A DNA stretch of 58,199 nucleotides from Anaerolineales bacterium (GCA_048054495.1 JBGMQN010000069.1:83444-141642); one strand, 5' to 3'; shown: positions 9,515 through 19,200, counted from the stretch's first letter. Notes: a model not told the origin generated them from the sequence alone. Numbers and translations: made by a program.

Positions 9515-10483
9515 ATGGAAGCAAAAATAGCAAACGAAAAGCCGACTTTCTCGGTGGTCGGGCCAGTGTTCGACGAAGTCGAAACGCTTCGTGAATTCTA
9601 CGGCCGGGTGCAGGCCGCCATGGATGCTATCGGGGAGCCCTGGGAGCTTGTGTTAGTGGATGATGGCAGCATGGACGGTTCCTCTGACATCATTCATGAC
9701 TTGGCCTTTGAAGACCTCCGAGTGCGTCCGGTGCTTTTCTCCCGCAACTTTGGACACCAGATCGCCGTGACGGCTGGGCTGGACTACAGCCGGGGTCAGG
9801 CGGTGGTGATCATCGATACCGACCTCCAGGACCCCCCGGAGCTCATTTCCGAGCTGGCCGAGAAATGGCGTGAGGGCTACGAAGTGGTCTACGCGGTGCG
9901 CACCGAGCGCGAGGGGGAAAGCTGGTTCAAACGCGCAACGGCGGCCGTGTTTTACCGGGTGATCAATCGCATCACCGAGGTTGACATTCCGCCCGACGCG
10001 GGCGATTTCCGCCTGCTCGACCGTAAGGTGGTGGAGGCGCTCAAGAAAATGCGCGAGCACCATCGCTTCCCACGTGCCATGACCGCCTGGGTGGGCTTCA
10101 AGCAGGTCGGTGTTCCATACAAGCGCTCTGCCCGCCAGGCGGGTGATACCAAGTATCCCTTTCGCAAGATGCTCCGGCTGGCAATCAACGCCGTCACCGG
10201 CTTCTCTTATTTTCCATTGCAGCTCGCGACCTATTTTGGTTTCCTCAGCGCAACACTAGCTATCCTGGCAATTCCGATCGTGATTTACCTTCGGCTGTCG
10301 GGAAGAGCGGAGCTCTCGGGCCAGGCCACCACGCTCATCGCAGTTCTATTCCTGGGAGGCGTTCAGCTCATCTCTCTGGGAATTCTCGGCGAGTACATCG
10401 GCCGGCTGTACGACGAGGCGAAAAACCGTCCCTTATACGTGCTGCGTGAGGAACCAGAGGAGGTCGCGGAGACAGAAAGGTAA
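9515..10483 (+). CDS. GT2 glycosyltransferase, polyprenyl-phosphate (DPM1/GtrB/ArnC-like) type
   Basis: VDDGSMDGS and DTDLQDPPE motifs, plus two C-terminal TM helices. Confidence 0.85.
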   Translation: MEAKIANEKPTFSVVGPVFDEVETLREFYGRVQAAMDAIGEPWELVLVDDGSMDGSSDIIHDLAFEDLRVRPVLFSRNFGHQIAVTAGLDYSRGQAVVIIDTDLQDPPELISELAEKWREGYEVVYAVRTEREGESWFKRATAAVFYRVINRITEVDIPPDAGDFRLLDRKVVEALKKMREHHRFPRAMTAWVGFKQVGVPYKRSARQAGDTKYPFRKMLRLAINAVTGFSYFPLQLATYFGFLSATLAILAIPIVIYLRLSGRAELSGQATTLIAVLFLGGVQLISLGILGEYIGRLYDEAKNRPLYVLREEPEEVAETER

Positions 10484-10485
10484 CT

Positions 10486-11946
10486 ATGATTGACTTAACA
10501 ATGCACGAGGATCGGCTCGAACGAGCCGCCGGCCGCGCAAAGGAGCGCGGCGTTGTCGTCCCCACCTTCGCCCAGATGAAGGACCCTGCCAGCATTCCGG
10601 AGGGAATCCGCGAAAGGCTTGGCCAGGTCGGACTGTGGGATGTGGACCCCTTGAACCTCTTCCGCATCAGCTGGAAGAACGAGCCCGTTGAAACCGGCGG
10701 CGGTTTTGGGGGAGTGAACTATATCGAATTCCCCAGCAGCCTGACCGGAGTCGAAGCTCGGATCCTTGCATTGGTCGGCAAGTGGTTCCCGACCGGGGCG
10801 CATAAGGTGGGCGCGGCATTTGGCTGTCTCGTGCCCAGCCTCGTGACCGGCCAATTCGATCCTACTGCTCAGAAGGCGGTCTGGCCCTCGACCGGTAATT
10901 ACTGCCGGGGGGGTGCCTACGACTCGGCCCTGCTTGGCACTGAGTCGGTGGCGATCTTGCCGGAAGGGATGAGCAAGGAACGCTTCGATTGGCTGGCCAA
11001 CATAGCAGGCGAGGTAATCAAGACCCCCGGAAGCGAATCGAATGTGAAGGAGATCTTCGACAAAACCTGGGAGCTGCGCGAGTCGGGAGAAGATCTGATG
11101 ATCTTCAACCAGTTCGAGCAATTCGGGAATTACCTCTGGCACTACGAGGTGACCGGGCATGCCATGCTGGAGGTGCTCGAGCAGGAGCTTGGCCCCGGCG
11201 ATGAATATCGCGGCGTCACGCTCACGACCGGCTCGGCGGGCACGATTGGCTGCGGGGACTTCTTGAAACAGCAGTTCCCGGCGAGCAAGATCGCCGCCGG
11301 CGAGGCCTCTCAATGCCCGACCCTGCTCGAGAACGGATTCGGCGTGCACCGCATCGAAGGTATTGGAGATAAACATGTGCCTTGGATCCACAATGTCAAG
11401 AACACCGACATGGTGATCGACCTGGACGACAACGTGGTCGTGCACCTGGCGCGGCTCTTCAATGAATCCGCCGGCCAGAGCTACCTTGCATCACAGGGAG
11501 TGCCCGAGGCGACCATGGAGCAGCTGAATCTGCTCGGTTTCTCCGGAATCGCCAACCTCTCTATGGCCATCAAGTTCGCCAAATACTACGAGCTGGGAAG
11601 CTCGGATGTCGTGATCACCGTGCTCACCGATTCGATGGATCTGTATCAAAGCCGCCTGGAGGAGATGCGCCAGGAGCATGGCGAGTACACTGATCTGGAC
11701 GCGGCAGCTGATTTCGCTCGCTACCTGTTGGGTCTCACCACCGAGAATTTGCTGGAGCTCCGCTACACCGATCGGCGCCGTATCCACAACTTGAAATACT
11801 TCACTTGGGTAGAGCAGCAGGGCCGAACCTATGAGGAGATCATGGCCCAGTGGTACGATCGAAATTACTGGACGGCCACGCAGGGCCAGGTCGATGAGAT
11901 CGACCAGCACATAAAGGAATTCAATGCGCGGGTCGGCTTGGGCTAG
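10486..11946 (+). CDS. PLP-dependent enzyme, tryptophan-synthase-beta superfamily, unknown specificity
   Basis: 486 aa. FPTGAHKVGAA (candidate PLP lysine) and a TTGSAGT-type loop. Start lies 2 nt after the GT2 stop. Confidence 0.55.
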   Translation: MIDLTMHEDRLERAAGRAKERGVVVPTFAQMKDPASIPEGIRERLGQVGLWDVDPLNLFRISWKNEPVETGGGFGGVNYIEFPSSLTGVEARILALVGKWFPTGAHKVGAAFGCLVPSLVTGQFDPTAQKAVWPSTGNYCRGGAYDSALLGTESVAILPEGMSKERFDWLANIAGEVIKTPGSESNVKEIFDKTWELRESGEDLMIFNQFEQFGNYLWHYEVTGHAMLEVLEQELGPGDEYRGVTLTTGSAGTIGCGDFLKQQFPASKIAAGEASQCPTLLENGFGVHRIEGIGDKHVPWIHNVKNTDMVIDLDDNVVVHLARLFNESAGQSYLASQGVPEATMEQLNLLGFSGIANLSMAIKFAKYYELGSSDVVITVLTDSMDLYQSRLEEMRQEHGEYTDLDAAADFARYLLGLTTENLLELRYTDRRRIHNLKYFTWVEQQGRTYEEIMAQWYDRNYWTATQGQVDEIDQHIKEFNARVGLG

Positions 11947-11968
11947 CCGCGTTTTCCTCCGTCTCAAG

Positions 11969-11989
11969 CCTCCCCGAAAGGGGAGGTTT
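11969..11989 (+). terminator. hairpin terminator after the 486-aa PLP enzyme gene
   Basis: CCTCCCC-GAAA-GGGGAGG followed by TTT. Confidence 0.5.
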
Positions 11990-12045
11990 CAGTTAAGGGG
12001 GAAATTCATAGTTGACGGCCTAGAACAAATGATCTAATATAGTGG

Positions 12046-12573
12046 ATGCTTATGACATCCGGCCGCCAGATAATGACACGTGATTGGGAGGAGAACCCGC
12101 CAGGAGCGGAAGATCTGGTGCTCGTGGCGATCTTGAACACCCCGCGGGACTTAGAGATTGCGCAGACTCTGGGGTGGTATCGGATCCCACTCGTGACCGC
12201 GCCCCGCACGGTTCGAGTAGATTGGCTGGCGTTTTACCTTCCAGCACCGTTTGGCGAGCATCGCTGGACGGTGAGTTACCTGGCCGAAGTGCGCGGGTAT
12301 GAGCTGAGAACGCGCCGGGAGCTGCTTTTCCGGGAAACCGACCATGAGCGGGTGGATGAGCCCTACTTCAAAATGCAGTTGGGACCCGTACTCGAGCTCT
12401 TCCCGCCCATTACATCTCGCTCCTGGCGGCGGTTTACCTTCCTCTTCACCACCGGGGATAGGCTATTGAATGCGGTCGACCTGACTGATCTGACCATCCC
12501 GCAGAGCCAGATTCGCGCACGCTTGTTGCGCGAGCGGGCTGGCTCGATCCCCTCGACTCAGATCCCACTCTAG
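12046..12573 (+). CDS. conserved hypothetical protein
   Basis: 175-aa ORF with coding-like composition (LVAILNTPRDLEIAQTLGWYRIP...). No family recognised. Confidence 0.5.
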   Translation: MLMTSGRQIMTRDWEENPPGAEDLVLVAILNTPRDLEIAQTLGWYRIPLVTAPRTVRVDWLAFYLPAPFGEHRWTVSYLAEVRGYELRTRRELLFRETDHERVDEPYFKMQLGPVLELFPPITSRSWRRFTFLFTTGDRLLNAVDLTDLTIPQSQIRARLLRERAGSIPSTQIPL

Positions 12574-12671
12574 TTTCAAAACCCGCCCAATCTGAGACGA
12601 GCCGCACCAGCCAGAACTGCATCACATTACGGTGCACGGATACTCGTCGCACAAATAGGACGCGGATTGGC

Positions 12672-12700
12672 TCGACTTGTGGGGAGCTCGAATGTATCAT
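12672..12700 (+). promoter_or_regulatory. candidate sigma70-like promoter for the DUF2207 gene
   Basis: TCGACT-17 nt-TATCAT, 26 nt upstream of ATG 12726. Confidence 0.25.
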
Positions 12701-12725
12701 TTGTGCGCTTGAGCTAACGTTACAC

Positions 12726-14600
12726 ATGCGACGACTGCGCATCTTCCTACCCCTGCTGATTGCCTTTGGGCTGATCGTGATCAGCCAGCCAGCCCACGCC
12801 CAGACCAAGTCCCTCTATTGGGACGGATGGGACACGACCCTCACCATTCTTCCCAATGGCGACCTGCACGTGCTCGAACGTCAAAGCATCAATTTCACCA
12901 ACGGCACCTTCACCTTCGGATTTCGCGAAATCCCGCTCGCCAAGACCGGCGGGATTACCGGGATTTCGGTTAGCGAGCCGGGAGTCGGCGTCTATAGTGA
13001 GGGCGGTTTCAGCAAGCAGCCCTTCACCTTCGATGCCACGCAAGAGGGCGGGGACATGGCGATTCGCTGGTATTTCCCGCCGACCGCCAATCAAATCCGT
13101 ACCTTCGATATCGCCTATACGGTAAAGGATGCGCTGCGCGTTTATGACTCGGGCGACAAGCTCCAGTGGCAAGCCATCGCCACCGACCGCGACTTCCCCA
13201 TCCAGGAAGCCAATGTGACGGTCGTTCTGCCGCAAGGTGCCCAATTCCAGATCATCGATTCGGCTGGCGTTGCTGCGACATGGGGTCAGAGCCAGGATGG
13301 ATCAAGCGTGACCTTCCTGGCCAACGAACCCATGTCTCCTTCCGATTCATTGGAAGTGGGTATCGAATTCACCCATGGCATTATCCCGAATGAGGTACCC
13401 GCGTGGCAAGAGGAATTCGATAACGAGTTCTTTTACGACGAAAACGTGAAGCCGTTCGTGAACGCCGGACTGGGATTGCTAGCGGTGATGCTGATCATCG
13501 GCGGCCCGGCGCTTGTGTTTCTGGTATGGTATTTGCGAGGGCGAGATCCGCAGGTTGGCCCGGTTCCGGAGTACCTTACGGAACCGCCGGACGATCTTCC
13601 ACCCGGCGTTCTCGGCACCTTGATCGACGAGAAGGCGGATATGCGCGATGTGGTCGCCACGATCGTCGATCTTGGACGCAAAGGGGCGCTCAGAATCGAA
13701 GAGACCGAGAAGAAGGGCTGGCTCGGTCTGGGATCTTCGGACTTCGTCTTTCGGAAGCTGGAGAGTGACGTCCCGCTGAATGCAGTCGAAACGGCAATCA
13801 TAGGAGGCATATTCAAGCGTGGGCGGGATAGCGTCGAGCTCAGCGACCTGCGCAACAAGTTTTACCAGACTCTACCCAAGATCCAATCCAAGCTCTACAA
13901 GGAGATGGTATCTCGAAAACTGTTCCGCAAGAATCCGGATTCAACTCGCAAGTTGTGGCGCGGGATCGGGTTTGCGCTGGTGGCCTTCGGGATCGGAATC
14001 GGGATCCTGCTCGGGGCGGTGCTCTCGAGGTACACCACCATGTTCCCCTGCCTCTTTGGTGGAATGGTATTGACCGGAATCGCAGTGATCATCGCCGGCG
14101 GAGCGATGCCGGCCAAGACGGTCAAGGGATCCGAAGCAGCCGCCCGTTGGAAGGCCTTCAAGGTATACCTGCAGCGGATCGACAAGATCGAAGACCTTAA
14201 GATGATCGGCGAGCTATTCGAGAAGTACTTGCCCTATGCCATCGCGCTTGGGATTCGCGACTCGTATGTTCGCAAGTTCGCGGCCGAGCCAAGCACGCCG
14301 GTGCCGACCTGGTGGGTGCCGTACGGAGCCTATATGTATGGGAGACCAGCCACTTCGTCAATCGGCCGAACCAGCCGAGCCGGCGGACCCCGAGGAGCGG
14401 GCGGGCTTGAAGGCATGGCGGGGAGCATGACCGGGGGATTAGCGAGCATGAGCGCCGGGCTGACAAGCATGCTCAACAGCACCGGCCGCGTGCTGCGATC
14501 GGCTCCCTCCTCGAGCGGTACCAGCGGAGGCGGAGGATTCAGCGGTGGTGGCTTCAGTGGAGGCGGCGGTGGGGGGGGCGGATCGGCGGGGTTTGGATAA
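12726..14600 (+). CDS. DUF2207-family membrane protein with Gly-rich C-terminal tail
   Basis: Signal peptide, an N-terminal beta-rich domain (LYWDGWDTTLTILPNGDLHVLERQSINF), several TM helices, and a terminal GGGGFSGGGFSGGGGGGGG tail. Confidence 0.7.
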   Translation: MRRLRIFLPLLIAFGLIVISQPAHAQTKSLYWDGWDTTLTILPNGDLHVLERQSINFTNGTFTFGFREIPLAKTGGITGISVSEPGVGVYSEGGFSKQPFTFDATQEGGDMAIRWYFPPTANQIRTFDIAYTVKDALRVYDSGDKLQWQAIATDRDFPIQEANVTVVLPQGAQFQIIDSAGVAATWGQSQDGSSVTFLANEPMSPSDSLEVGIEFTHGIIPNEVPAWQEEFDNEFFYDENVKPFVNAGLGLLAVMLIIGGPALVFLVWYLRGRDPQVGPVPEYLTEPPDDLPPGVLGTLIDEKADMRDVVATIVDLGRKGALRIEETEKKGWLGLGSSDFVFRKLESDVPLNAVETAIIGGIFKRGRDSVELSDLRNKFYQTLPKIQSKLYKEMVSRKLFRKNPDSTRKLWRGIGFALVAFGIGIGILLGAVLSRYTTMFPCLFGGMVLTGIAVIIAGGAMPAKTVKGSEAAARWKAFKVYLQRIDKIEDLKMIGELFEKYLPYAIALGIRDSYVRKFAAEPSTPVPTWWVPYGAYMYGRPATSSIGRTSRAGGPRGAGGLEGMAGSMTGGLASMSAGLTSMLNSTGRVLRSAPSSSGTSGGGGFSGGGFSGGGGGGGGSAGFG

Positions 14601-15119
14601 ATGAATTTGGGCAGAGTAGCCGGCATTCTCATGATCGTTGGAGGGATCGTGATCTTTGGATTTGGCGCCCTGTTCTCTCTTGGACAGAGAGCGGCCGGTG
14701 AACTGAATGTTGGCGGTGCAATTGTCGGGCTTGGCCTGGTCAGTATTCCGGCCCTGATTCTTGTCGGGATTGGCATCGTGCTTCTTACGCGGTCCCGCCA
14801 GGAGCAGGAAGAGGGCGAAGAACGCGCCGAGCTTCGCAAGATCATGGACGTGGTTTTGAGCAGGGGCGAGGTTCAAATCAGCGACCTGGTGCTCGAAATG
14901 GGTACGAGCCGCAAAGAAGTGCAGGACCAGATCTACGTGCTGGTCGGCATGGGCCTGTACAGCGGCTACATAAATTGGGATGAGGGCACGCTGTATTCCG
15001 CTGAGGCCTCCAGCATTCGCGACTTGCGACGCTGCAAATTTTGCGGGGGAGAGGTGGAATTTGCGGGCAAAGGCGTACTGCACTGCCCGTACTGTGGCGC
15101 GGAGTATTTCATAAGCTGA
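14601..15119 (+). CDS. membrane protein with cytoplasmic helical domain and C-terminal Zn-ribbon
   Basis: Two N-terminal TM helices and CKFCGG...CPYCG. ATG immediately follows the DUF2207 TAA stop. Confidence 0.55.
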   Translation: MNLGRVAGILMIVGGIVIFGFGALFSLGQRAAGELNVGGAIVGLGLVSIPALILVGIGIVLLTRSRQEQEEGEERAELRKIMDVVLSRGEVQISDLVLEMGTSRKEVQDQIYVLVGMGLYSGYINWDEGTLYSAEASSIRDLRRCKFCGGEVEFAGKGVLHCPYCGAEYFIS

Positions 15120-15147
15120 TGTTGCTCCAGGTTCTAGCGCCCGCTAC

Positions 15148-15171
15148 GCGCCCCACGGGGCGCTTTTTTTT
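15148..15171 (+). terminator. rho-independent terminator
   Basis: GCGCCC-CACG-GGGCGC followed by T8, 29 nt after the Zn-ribbon gene stop. Confidence 0.85.
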
Positions 15172-15220
15172 GGTGAAAGCGAACAGGCGCCGGGGTCACT
15201 ATGATGATCTCTGAAGATCC

Positions 15221-15226
15221 TATAAT
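15221..15226 (+). promoter_or_regulatory. candidate -10 element upstream of the hydantoinase gene
   Basis: Perfect TATAAT in a GC-rich background, 21 nt before TTG 15248. No convincing -35. Confidence 0.25.
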
Positions 15227-15247
15227 TGCGTTCGTGGAGGACTTAAG

Positions 15248-16669
15248 TTGACCCCGCTCTTGATCAAAGGCGGCACGCTGCTCACCGTGCGCGGCCAGGA
15301 ACTCGGTGATGTGCTCATCGAGGGCGAGACCATCGAGCGAATTGGCTTGGACCTGGAGGCCGAAGGAGCCGAGCTGGTGGACGCAGCCGGCAAGCTACTG
15401 ATGCCGGGTGGGATCGATCCCCATACACACCTGGATCTCCCCATGTTCGGCACCATTTCATCCGACGATCATTACACGGGCATGAAGGCCGCCGCGTTTG
15501 GTGGAACAACGACCGTTTTGGATTTCGTCCCATTGGATCGGCCTACGATCATCGAGAGCGTCGACGAATGGCTGGCGAAGGCTGAGCCCAAAGCAGCGGT
15601 CGATTTTGGCCTACACATGAACATCACCCGCCTGGATGAGGCCATCCGGGCCGAGATCCCAGGCCTGATTGAGCATGGGATCACTACCCTGAAGGTCTTC
15701 ACCGCCTACAATGGTCGACTCCGTTTGAAGGACGGGGAACTCTTCGAAGTCATGCGCCTCGCCGCCGAACACGGGATGCTGACCCTGTTGCATGCCGAAA
15801 ACGGAGATGTGATCGAGATTCTGACCGCCGAGGCTCTTGCCGCCGGTCACATCGCGCCGGAATGGCACGCGCATACGCGGCCGACATGGGGGGCAGTAGA
15901 AGCCGTGCTTCGGGGGATCGCGCTAGCAGAGCAGGCTCATGCGCCGCTGTACGTTGTGCACGTTAACACGGCCGGTGGCTTGGATCAGATCCGTTACGGG
16001 AGAGCGCGAGGCGTCAGAGTAATGGGCGAGACTTGCCCGCAGTATCTGTTCTTCACCGAGGAGCACCTCAGCCGACCGGATGGCGCGAAGTGGATTTGCT
16101 CTCCCCCGATGCGGTCACGCGCAGACAACGGTGCCCTATGGGAAGGGATCTCCGACGATAGCCTGCAAACCATCGGCACCGATCACTGTCCATTCTTCTA
16201 CGACGGCGCCACACCCATCGAATACGAAGGTGAGCTAGTCGCCATCCCGGGCAAGGAATTGGGAGCCAATGACTTCACCAAGATTCCGAACGGCCTGCCG
16301 GGAGTGGGGGATCGCATGCCGGTTCTCTGGACATTCGGGGTCGGGCAAGGACGCATCAAGCCTGAGCAGTTCGTGGCCTTGATGTCCACCAATCCAGCGA
16401 AGATCTTCGGTCTCTATCCCAAGAAGGGGGAACTGCTGCCGGGCTCGGACGCGGATCTGGTGATCTGGGACCCCGAGCGCTCCTTAGTATATGGCCTGGA
16501 ACACGTGCACCATCGGACCGACTACAACATCTATGAAGGCTGGGAGCTGAAGGGATTTCCCGAGAAGGTGTTCCTGCGCGGCCAGCTCATCGTCGACGGC
16601 GATCGATGGCTGGGCCGGCCTGGGATGGGGCGCTTCGTCGACCGGTCGGCCGGGGCCGAGGTGATTTAG
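15248..16669 (+). CDS. dihydropyrimidinase / D-hydantoinase
   Basis: 473 aa. GGIDPHTHLDLP metal motif and cyclic-amidohydrolase length. TTG start with GGAGGA 6 nt upstream. Confidence 0.88.
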   Translation: MTPLLIKGGTLLTVRGQELGDVLIEGETIERIGLDLEAEGAELVDAAGKLLMPGGIDPHTHLDLPMFGTISSDDHYTGMKAAAFGGTTTVLDFVPLDRPTIIESVDEWLAKAEPKAAVDFGLHMNITRLDEAIRAEIPGLIEHGITTLKVFTAYNGRLRLKDGELFEVMRLAAEHGMLTLLHAENGDVIEILTAEALAAGHIAPEWHAHTRPTWGAVEAVLRGIALAEQAHAPLYVVHVNTAGGLDQIRYGRARGVRVMGETCPQYLFFTEEHLSRPDGAKWICSPPMRSRADNGALWEGISDDSLQTIGTDHCPFFYDGATPIEYEGELVAIPGKELGANDFTKIPNGLPGVGDRMPVLWTFGVGQGRIKPEQFVALMSTNPAKIFGLYPKKGELLPGSDADLVIWDPERSLVYGLEHVHHRTDYNIYEGWELKGFPEKVFLRGQLIVDGDRWLGRPGMGRFVDRSAGAEVI

Positions 16670-16817
16670 TCTGCGGCAGGCATTTCGCCTCCGACCTCAC
16701 CAACTGCCACGGCGACCAATCCCTCACCTGGTGAGGGAACATCCTGAATTTAACTGCTTCCATGGGTATCATTGTCTTATCATCCTTTGAAAGGAACGTT
16801 CAAACCTTCGGAATACG

Positions 16818-17978
16818 ATGGTCGAAAAAGAACCCACTCCGACGCGAGCCTCCTCTTCACGACTGATCGCGCTCATCGTCTTAACCGCGCTCCTTTCAAG
16901 CCTATTTACAGTTCTCATCATGAGTCTTCTCGGCTCGAGGGCCCAGCTGCTCGCAGAATCGATTCTTGGTGGTCCCCCCTCCTCGGAAGAAGCAAGGTCG
17001 CAGAATCAGGACATGGATCCGGAGGATTTGGCAATCCTGTTTGATTTAATTTCCCCGTCGGTCGTTCGCGTCTCGGTGATCACGGAGGGTGGCGGCGGGA
17101 GCGGATCTGGTTTTGTCATACAGGAGGGAGGGCTCATCCTTACCAATAACCACGTTGTCGAAAACGCTGTATCTGTCAGCGTGATCCTAAAGGACGGCAC
17201 CGAGCTGCAGGCGGAGGTCTTGGGGCGCGACCCGTCTACAGATGTCGCGTTACTAAGAGTCGCAACGCGAACGCTTCCTCCCGTTGGGATGGGAGACTCG
17301 GACCAGGTCAGGATCGGCGAACAGGCGATCGTCATCGGCAGCCCCTTTGGATTTGATCAAAGCCTGACCGCCGGTTATATCAGCGCGCTAGGTAGAATGC
17401 TCCAAAGTGGAGACGATTATGGGACCGAGATCGACAACGTGATCCAGACTGATGCGGCGGTGAACCCGGGCAACTCAGGCGGACCGCTGCTCAATACTGA
17501 AGGAGAAGTGATCGGGATCACAACCGCCATCTTCTCGACCGGAGGCGGCTTCCAGGGGATCGGCTTCGCGGTCCCCATCAATACGGCCAGAGCAGTGGCA
17601 GACGAGTTAAGAGATCGCGGCTACGTCAAGCGTCCGTTTCTGGGAATTGCCGGACTGGACTTGACGCCACAACTCTCTCAACGGCTGGATCTGCCAGTGG
17701 AAGGAGGCATCCTGGTTCAACTTGTGCACGAAGGATCTGCCGCGGCAGAAGCCGATGTTCGCGCGGGCGACCAAGAAATTGAGACGCCTTTTGGAACCAT
17801 CGTCTTGGGCGGGGACGTTCTGGTGGCCATTAATGGGGAATCCGTGTCAAGCATGGCCGATGTGAACCGGCTCGTGCAGAGCCGTGAAATCGGGGATAGG
17901 ATCACACTCGAGGTAGTACGTGGGGCCGAGAGCATCCTTGTCAGCGGAACTCTCAGCGAGCAGCCCAGGCCAGATTAG
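16818..17978 (+). CDS. HtrA/DegP-family serine protease with one PDZ domain
   Basis: N-terminal TM helix. Catalytic triad context TNNHVV, DVALLRV, GNSGGPLL, with a PDZ-like C-terminus. Confidence 0.9.
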   Translation: MVEKEPTPTRASSSRLIALIVLTALLSSLFTVLIMSLLGSRAQLLAESILGGPPSSEEARSQNQDMDPEDLAILFDLISPSVVRVSVITEGGGGSGSGFVIQEGGLILTNNHVVENAVSVSVILKDGTELQAEVLGRDPSTDVALLRVATRTLPPVGMGDSDQVRIGEQAIVIGSPFGFDQSLTAGYISALGRMLQSGDDYGTEIDNVIQTDAAVNPGNSGGPLLNTEGEVIGITTAIFSTGGGFQGIGFAVPINTARAVADELRDRGYVKRPFLGIAGLDLTPQLSQRLDLPVEGGILVQLVHEGSAAAEADVRAGDQEIETPFGTIVLGGDVLVAINGESVSSMADVNRLVQSREIGDRITLEVVRGAESILVSGTLSEQPRPD

Positions 17979-18154
17979 CGTTCTACAACTATCTTCATTC
18001 CTCGAGGATTTCATCTTCACCTGCTATCAGCCCTGGTCCAAGCATCATTGGTCGACGCGGCGAGTTGAGCTTGCCACTCGAATGTGGTGGCCAGCAAGCC
18101 AGTTAATGGACGATCGCCTCCGTACCCCGAGAGCCGGAAAAAACAAAGCTCAAG

Positions 18155-19078
18155 ATGGAAATTAGACAAATAGAGCCTGAAGAGCGACGGGTGTCACTTG
18201 AAGGGATGTATTTGAGTCATAGGCTCCAGGAATTGGCAAAAAGGATGGATCGCCCGATCGTGGTTGCCAACTACGTAACCGACATAAACGATGTGATTGC
18301 CGTTGAGGGCATACGGGGCTCGCCCGAAGAACTTAAGAACCCTTCGGATTGGAGGCTCTTTCAAGAACTCACTGCCCAAGCTGACGCAATAATCACCGGT
18401 GCAAGTTATATGACCGAGTTTGAGGAAAATGGTGAAAGTGTTCAAAACGTGCTCACCCAATTTGACAAAGGTAGCAGTTTTGAGGATTTAGGAGACTGGA
18501 GAGAACAAAATGGCCTTAAGAGAAACCCCGATCTTGTGGTCGTAAGCAGGAGCTTGAGTTTTGGTATTCCCAAGGCAATTTCCGAAGGCGGAAGAAGGAT
18601 CCTTATCTTCACCACCAATTCAATGGAAGGTAGCAAGAATGCCAGAGAGCTTGAAAAAGCCGGAGCCACGGTTATCGGGGCAGGGAAAAAAGGAGTTGAT
18701 GGCGCGGCGATGATTGAGCGCTTGGGCCAAGAAGGTTATAGAGTTATCAAAATGATTACGGGCCCGAGAGTCTTGAAAATACTTATGGATGCAGAATTCA
18801 AGAACCAAGAAGGCGAGGTAATCCGCAGGGGAGCTCTTGACAGGCTCTATATCACAAGGGTGGATAGAAAAATAATCGATGATCTATCAGGTGCAGTCAC
18901 CGTTCTAGAGGGGATAACAGTAGATGACCTGACTTTCGAGGGAGGAGGCTTTCGGCTGATCCAAAGATCTACCCACGACGCAATTGTCGGAAATGATAGC
19001 TACGAAACTTCTCAAGAATTCCTCGTTTTCGAAAGACACGATCTCGCCTCTGGGAGCCCGGAGCGCGTCGATGTGTAG
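18155..19078 (+). CDS. RibD C-terminal-domain-like (DHFR-fold) reductase, AT-rich gene
   Basis: Order of motifs fits RibD_C: IVVANYVTDINDVIAVEG, then ADAIITGASY, then PDLVVVS, then a GP-containing C-terminal half. Composition is clearly AT-richer than the flanks. Confidence 0.5.
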   Translation: MEIRQIEPEERRVSLEGMYLSHRLQELAKRMDRPIVVANYVTDINDVIAVEGIRGSPEELKNPSDWRLFQELTAQADAIITGASYMTEFEENGESVQNVLTQFDKGSSFEDLGDWREQNGLKRNPDLVVVSRSLSFGIPKAISEGGRRILIFTTNSMEGSKNARELEKAGATVIGAGKKGVDGAAMIERLGQEGYRVIKMITGPRVLKILMDAEFKNQEGEVIRRGALDRLYITRVDRKIIDDLSGAVTVLEGITVDDLTFEGGGFRLIQRSTHDAIVGNDSYETSQEFLVFERHDLASGSPERVDV

Positions 19079-19092
19079 CTTCGAAGAATCTA

Positions 19093-19114
19093 CATTACGC
19101 ACATGTGCGTAGTG
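19093..19114. promoter_or_regulatory. perfect 16-bp palindrome TACGCACATGTGCGTA (operator or hairpin)
   Basis: Core at 19096-19111 is self-complementary and the flanks add 2 more pairs. Lies 18 nt after the stop of the AT-rich gene. Confidence 0.5.
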
Positions 19115-19200
19115 ACAGCTCCCGCTACGGCCGTTAGACTCGCTATCCCAGAAAAAAGCTGGTACAAATTTGTGCCCTTTGGGAACATCCCAACAGGAAA

